Part shown: one piece after another, positions 59,453-64,000 of the stretch
How the letters are laid out: the number at the start of each line of letters is the position of its first letter
How positions within the stretch are numbered: the first letter of the stretch is position 1
Assembly: GCA_030741055.1 (NCBI GenBank)
Contig: JASLWC010000001.1
Location: 4,061 to 68,060 of the forward strand
Length of the DNA: 64,000 nucleotides
Direction: 5' to 3'
Source: Prochlorococcaceae cyanobacterium ETNP18_MAG_14
Lineage (GTDB): Bacteria; Cyanobacteriota; Cyanobacteriia; PCC-6307; Cyanobiaceae
The notes under the pieces: model-generated
What the model was told of the DNA's origin: nothing
What the model saw: only the letters and a program-made list of their open reading frames with translations
The model's database searches: none
Program-made: the position numbers and the translations under genes

Positions 59453-59584
59453 ATGCCCTTGAGTCTTGGTGACAGAGCAAGCAAATGCATCATGTTTGTT
59501 GCTGTTTTTCAAGCGATAAAAGTTGCTGCAGGATTAAACCGCAAAGGCGGTGGTCCACAGTAGTGAGACCCTTGCTTTATTGAC

Positions 59585-59761
59585 TTGGCCCCGTTCTTCG
59601 TAAACAACCGACGCGACGGTGCACGTTTGATAAGTAGCGCACTGGTGTTTTTCGCAATCGCGTCTACCCAGTTAGATCATGCTTGGGGTCAGGCCCTTGC
59701 TGCGCTTAGCGTCGTGACCTGCCTTTATTGGGGCCTGGCCTACAGACGTCTTGATCGCTGA
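59585..59761 (+). CDS. Small two-TM protein (58 aa) overlapping the xseA start
   Basis: TTG ORF MAPFFVNNRRDGARLISSALVFFAIASTQLDHAWGQALAALSVVTCLYWGLAYRRLDR. Confidence 0.6.
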   Translation: MAPFFVNNRRDGARLISSALVFFAIASTQLDHAWGQALAALSVVTCLYWGLAYRRLDR

Positions 59762-60908
59762 ATCTCTCCCAAACTATTCGGTCCGCGAGCTAAACGCTGC
59801 CATTGGCAATCTGCTGGAACGGGGTTTTGCTCCCCGCTTTTTGGTGGAAGCCTCGGTTTCCAAGCCACAGGTAAAAAAGGGCCATCTTTGGCTAACCCTT
59901 ACTGATGGTGACGCGAGCATCACAGCAGTGGCCTGGGCTTCGAAGCTAAACCAACTGACTTACAGACCTGTAGAAGGTGATGGGGTAACGGTTGTTGGCA
60001 AAATCAACTTTTGGGCAACTAGAGCAAGCTTGGCCGTACAGGTAATCGACCTTCGGCCAACTCTTTCCACGGTGCTTCGTCAGTACGAAGTTATAAAAAA
60101 CCTACTACTTAAAGAAGGTGTGATCAATGAACTTAGGCGTCGAGCATTACCGAAACATCCGGCAGCTATTGCCATCCTTACCAGTGTGCCGAGTTCCGCT
60201 CTTGCTGACATGCTTCGCACAGCAAAAGATCGTTGGCCGCTAACTCGATTAGTTATTATTCCAATTCCAGTACAAGGTGATGTAGCAAAAGAGATTCAAT
60301 CCGTTTTGCATTACCTGTCTAATCAGTATCAACAACTAGGCATAGCAGCGATCGTGCTAGCGAGAGGAGGAGGAAGTCGTGAAGACCTGATGGTGTTTGA
60401 CGATGAATCCCTCTGTCGTGAATTGGCTGATTTCCCCATTCCTGTAGTAACTGGATTAGGGCATGAGGACGACCAGACCGTGGCTGACCTGGTCGCTGAC
60501 CATCGGGCCGCTACGCCAACGGCTGCAATGGTTGCTTTGCTGCCAAGTAGGGAGTCGGCTAAAAGTGAACTGATGCAAAGGCGTCAACGACTCGTGGATC
60601 ACAGCAATTGGTTGATTCGCAAACAACGAGAGCGGCTTTTAGATCGAGGCAAAGTGTTGGAGTCTCAACAACCGCTGAAGCAGATAGAGCTTCAGCGAAT
60701 GCGCTTGAACCAGAAAAATCAGCTCCTTGAGGCCTTATCTCCAGAACTCTGGTTAATGCGCGGTTTTGCCATCGTCAGGAATAACCAAGGCAAAGCCCTA
60801 CGAAGTGTGGGTGATGTATCTGCGCAGGACAGTTTGAACATCCAACTCAGTGATGGTCAAATCGATGTCACAGCAGAAGCAATTCATGCTCAAAGTGCAT
60901 CAACATGA
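59751..60908 (+). CDS. xseA: Exodeoxyribonuclease VII large subunit
   Basis: OB fold, ARGGGSREDL, GLGHEDD and AATPTAA. Confidence 0.95.
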   Translation: MIAESLPNYSVRELNAAIGNLLERGFAPRFLVEASVSKPQVKKGHLWLTLTDGDASITAVAWASKLNQLTYRPVEGDGVTVVGKINFWATRASLAVQVIDLRPTLSTVLRQYEVIKNLLLKEGVINELRRRALPKHPAAIAILTSVPSSALADMLRTAKDRWPLTRLVIIPIPVQGDVAKEIQSVLHYLSNQYQQLGIAAIVLARGGGSREDLMVFDDESLCRELADFPIPVVTGLGHEDDQTVADLVADHRAATPTAAMVALLPSRESAKSELMQRRQRLVDHSNWLIRKQRERLLDRGKVLESQQPLKQIELQRMRLNQKNQLLEALSPELWLMRGFAIVRNNQGKALRSVGDVSAQDSLNIQLSDGQIDVTAEAIHAQSAST

Positions 60909-61219
60909 AAAAAAATTCATCGTCAGAGAACGCTTCTAAAAGCACCGGTTCGAGAGGGCAAAGGCATGCCATTAACACAGCAAAAGCAGCGATTGAGAGC
61001 ATGCAGGAGCAGTGGCGCCAAGATGCACAGTCGCTCAGTTATGAGGAATCCCTCCAAGCACTTGATCTACTGCTTGTTCAACTGCAGAACGAAAATGTTC
61101 CCGTAGAAGAGCTTCAACGGTGCTACTTACACGCAAAGATTTACCTGGAACACTGTGAAGCACTGCTCAACACCGTAGAGCAAAATGTATTGGAACTCGA
61201 TGTAGATAGTTTAAGATAA
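60905..61219 (+). CDS. xseB: Exodeoxyribonuclease VII small subunit
   Basis: LSYEESLQALDLLLVQLQ pattern; ATGA overlap with xseA. Confidence 0.85.
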   Translation: MKKNSSSENASKSTGSRGQRHAINTAKAAIESMQEQWRQDAQSLSYEESLQALDLLLVQLQNENVPVEELQRCYLHAKIYLEHCEALLNTVEQNVLELDVDSLR

Positions 61220-61443
61220 TTCCCAAACTTATATTTGGCCAGAGTATTTTGCCTGGATTATTAATGCCTGAGTTCTTTTTTATAATTGCTCTAAGCCAAG
61301 CATTCCCTGGCTTCCAATCTGTAAACTGTGAGCCAGATCCAATTACTACTTTCTAGTAATTGCATAGCTGGAGGCCTCTATGCGCATAAGTTTTGCAAGA
61401 GCATTGAAATCCCAGCTAGAGTGGGACAAGCTAAGTTTGATCA

Positions 61444-61680
61444 ATGGGCATGATTTTTAATTACATACTCCTGACTTTAATCATGTGGCCATTTGTAGCG
61501 CTGATTGCGGGATGGTGCTGCCAACCTCTGTTCCCTGGCAACAAATCTTTCGATTTGCAAAGGAATAATGGCCGAATCACCTTTGCTCTCCGATCACTAA
61601 TCATCTCTGCTGCCCTATCAGCAATTGCCTGCTTTATTGATTTGCCAATTATCAGTCAACCCCCAGCCATGGGTCTTTGA
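61444..61680 (+). CDS. Hypothetical two-TM protein
   Basis: ATG ORF with two hydrophobic segments in an AT-rich patch. Confidence 0.5.
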   Translation: MGMIFNYILLTLIMWPFVALIAGWCCQPLFPGNKSFDLQRNNGRITFALRSLIISAALSAIACFIDLPIISQPPAMGL

Positions 61681-61806
61681 ACTTAAGAGCAGCTTTTGCT
61701 TAAGGGTGCACTACAGCTGCTTAAGATAGTAATAATATATATACAGCGAATCGTCTGCCTTGCATAGCTGATTTGTTAGCATATATTCTATTGGCTTATT
61801 AGTGAA

Positions 61807-62160
61807 ATGAAAGCACCAAACAGCTGGCTTCAATGGGTTTACTTGATCCTGGCGATCACAGGAGGGGTCCTTCCTACAATGGCCAATATCGACTTTATGA
61901 ATCAATACGGACCGGCTTTTGATATTAGTTTATTTGTAAAACTATCTAATGTGAATCCTGCTGCTCAATCATTGTCCCGTGATCTGATCATAGGTGCTGG
62001 AGCTGTAACCATTTGGATGATTATTGAGAGCCGTCGACTTCATATGCGTCATCTATGGTTAGTACTTTTGAGCACCTTCACTATTGCCTTTGCATTTGCA
62101 GCCCCATTGTTTTTATTCCTGCGTGAGCGTCGTATGCAAGAAATGGAAAGAATAGGTTAA
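61807..62160 (+). CDS. DUF2834 membrane protein
   Basis: ANIDF...NPAAQSLSRDL...IAFAFAAPLFLFLRER. Confidence 0.82.
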   Translation: MKAPNSWLQWVYLILAITGGVLPTMANIDFMNQYGPAFDISLFVKLSNVNPAAQSLSRDLIIGAGAVTIWMIIESRRLHMRHLWLVLLSTFTIAFAFAAPLFLFLRERRMQEMERIG

Positions 62161-62271
62161 GAATAAATTGCACTATTTCTGGATTTGGATTTGACTATAT
62201 TCAAGGTTGTTTAATGATTCGCCAAAGTTCTGTCTAGCTGCATATATGCCAACGGAACTCAAGTGAGATCG

Positions 62272-62628
62272 TTAACCATCTGAGCCGGCATCTTCAGCAG
62301 TTATGTCAATAGTGGCATCACTGGCAGGTGTAGACATGCTCGCATCAGATTTAAAACTTGCTGAACCTGTCGTATCCGATAAACCTGCGCCACATACAGG
62401 ACACTGGCCAGAGCTGCTTAGCGTACGCATGCCACAGGCCTGACAGGTCACCATGCGGGATTGGAGAACTCGCCATCCCAACCAACCAAGACCAGTTAGT
62501 AGGAAAGGTAAGACCAAGGCGGCAAGCATTAAGCCGCCAGCAAGATCAAGCAAAACTCGTCCGGCTGCAGTGGGCAATAGCAAGATCAGCAGCAGGGCAA
62601 GCCAGATCAGAGGAGAAGGTCTTGCCAT
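62272..62628 (-). CDS. Membrane protein with zinc-ribbon-like CxxC..CxxC
   Basis: Two TM segments, CQACG...CPVCG, C-terminal TIDITAE. Confidence 0.75.
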   Translation of the reverse strand: MARPSPLIWLALLLILLLPTAAGRVLLDLAGGLMLAALVLPFLLTGLGWLGWRVLQSRMVTCQACGMRTLSSSGQCPVCGAGLSDTTGSASFKSDASMSTPASDATIDITAEDAGSDG

Positions 62629-62631
62629 TTT

Positions 62632-62901
62632 TCAGTTTAGAAAGCGGAATTCTCGCCCGATCAAGAACTCCAGCGCTGTGAAGGTTTCGATCAAGGTCCA
62701 GTCATTAAATAACTCCCTATTCATCAGGGAAATTACAACCACAATCAGCAGCATTAGAGGCCCCGCCATAGGAGTAAACCCCATAATTACTCCAAAATTA
62801 CCTATCGCTATGCCCAAAAGTGCAATTTCGATAAAAGCTAGCTTTAATCGAAGAGGGTTCGTTCGCAGAAGTGAGGGTTTGATCAGTAACACATCAATCA
62901 T
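62632..62901 (-). CDS. Hypothetical membrane protein
   Basis: Hydrophobic ORF tightly packed between yihY and the downstream gene. Confidence 0.5.
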   Translation of the reverse strand: MIDVLLIKPSLLRTNPLRLKLAFIEIALLGIAIGNFGVIMGFTPMAGPLMLLIVVVISLMNRELFNDWTLIETFTALEFLIGREFRFLN

Positions 62902-62928
62902 TTTATGTTGAGTAGAGCTAAGTAAAAA

Positions 62929-63876
62929 TCAGTTTTTTAGCGGTTTTGATTTTTCCCGTTGTTGTCGTCTCATTCCCGCCAAAACTACGCTCCAGCACTG
63001 CCCAAAGTAAAGGATCACACCTACCATCCAGACCCAAAAGGTGAGCACCAGCACACCGCCAATGAAGCCATAGGCTTGAAAACGAGTACCTAGAGAAAGA
63101 ATGCTTCGACTGACTACTAGGTTGAGGATTGTTAGCAGAGTGCCAATTAAAAAGGCCCCAGGGATAAGTGGCCGCAGTGGCACTCGCCTACTTGGCAATA
63201 AAGCTTGCAATAACAACGCCATACCCGATAGGCCGAGTAGTGGCAGGACGAATTGGCCTACCTCAAGCACAGGAATTCTGGACAACAACTCAGCAAGCCA
63301 AGGTGTTGAGCGGATGAGCTCATCCCAAACAGCGCCTGGGATCATGCGCATATTGACACTGATCTGATCAACAACAACAAGTAGCCCAATCAGGATCACA
63401 ACAAAAAAAGCTTCTACTCGAGCACGAAGGAAGCGGGTTGCCTGAATGATCCAAGGTGCAGGCGTTGAAAGAGGGGGCAACAGATCACGCCAAAGACGAT
63501 CAGCGCCACGCTGCAAAGTCAGATAGGCATTGCCTGCAGTTACCATCAGAAACACAGCTCCGAGTAGTCCTGCACCGAATCCCTGCTTGACAAGTTTCAC
63601 CAGTGTTGACTCCACCAAGCCCACAACAGAGGGAGGTAGGACTTGTGCGGTGAAATCAATAATCTGCTGATCAAGACCTTGTTGTCGCCCCAAGAACCAT
63701 GAGGCCACTGACAGAGAGATTAATAAAATCGGGAAAAATGATTGCAGCGTGTAATAAGCAAAAGCAGCGCTCAGATCTACACAATCACAGCGCATCCAGT
63801 GTTCATAGGCCCGCCACAAACTTCCTAAAAACCATCTAGCTTTACGTCGCCAATAGAACTCCACGATTGCATTCAT
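62929..63876 (-). CDS. YihY/BrkB-family inner membrane protein
   Basis: LSAAFAYYTLQSFFP; YGFIGGVLV...W...ILYFG. Confidence 0.9.
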   Translation of the reverse strand: MNAIVEFYWRRKARWFLGSLWRAYEHWMRCDCVDLSAAFAYYTLQSFFPILLISLSVASWFLGRQQGLDQQIIDFTAQVLPPSVVGLVESTLVKLVKQGFGAGLLGAVFLMVTAGNAYLTLQRGADRLWRDLLPPLSTPAPWIIQATRFLRARVEAFFVVILIGLLVVVDQISVNMRMIPGAVWDELIRSTPWLAELLSRIPVLEVGQFVLPLLGLSGMALLLQALLPSRRVPLRPLIPGAFLIGTLLTILNLVVSRSILSLGTRFQAYGFIGGVLVLTFWVWMVGVILYFGQCWSVVLAGMRRQQREKSKPLKN

Positions 63877-63966
63877 CTGCTGCTAATAACGCTAGCGCTA
63901 GCAGATCAAAAATCCGAGTGTATTAGTTGATTATCTTCTTGTAAGTCCCCATTGAAGTGGCCATCA

Positions 63967-63995
63967 AAAAAGCCACCCTTTATGGGTGGCTTTTT
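63967..63995. terminator. Bidirectional intrinsic terminator-like hairpin
   Basis: aaaaagccaccc-tttat-gggtggcttttt. Confidence 0.8.
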
Positions 63996-64000
63996 CTTTG

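Overview
This ~50% GC window looks like core chromosome of a marine picocyanobacterium, most likely a low-light (MIT9313/LLIV-like) Prochlorococcus. That call is an inference from gene content and order, including two hli genes, psbX, ycf66 and a sufR-sufBCDS cluster without ftrC. Main genes in order: smc (5'-truncated), PRC-barrel protein, msrB, LpxB-like, tRNA-Leu(GAG), accC, yggT, psbX, ycf66, a TolB-like pair, hli, ABCD-type transporter, HIT, comM/yifB, rpsU, DUF3747, def, S9 peptidase, sufSDCB/sufR, DUF4912, PLD-family lipoprotein, a TPR pseudogene, pgm, RND pump, rarA, PPTase, bcp, coaX, cysH, ndb, hflX, SLC13, ktrB/ktrA, anmK, an RHH/small-protein cluster, ABC-F, HtrA, hrpB, hli, xseAB and yihY. 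I saw no CRISPR array, IS, integrase or prophage, and I cannot show a clearly new system from sequence alone. The best leads are a Nif11-leader-like protein ending in GG with almost no core, a twin-CX3C/CP12-like microprotein, a perfect 28-bp palindrome before sufB, repeated in-frame microduplications in six genes, and several small ORFs below the ORF-track cutoff.
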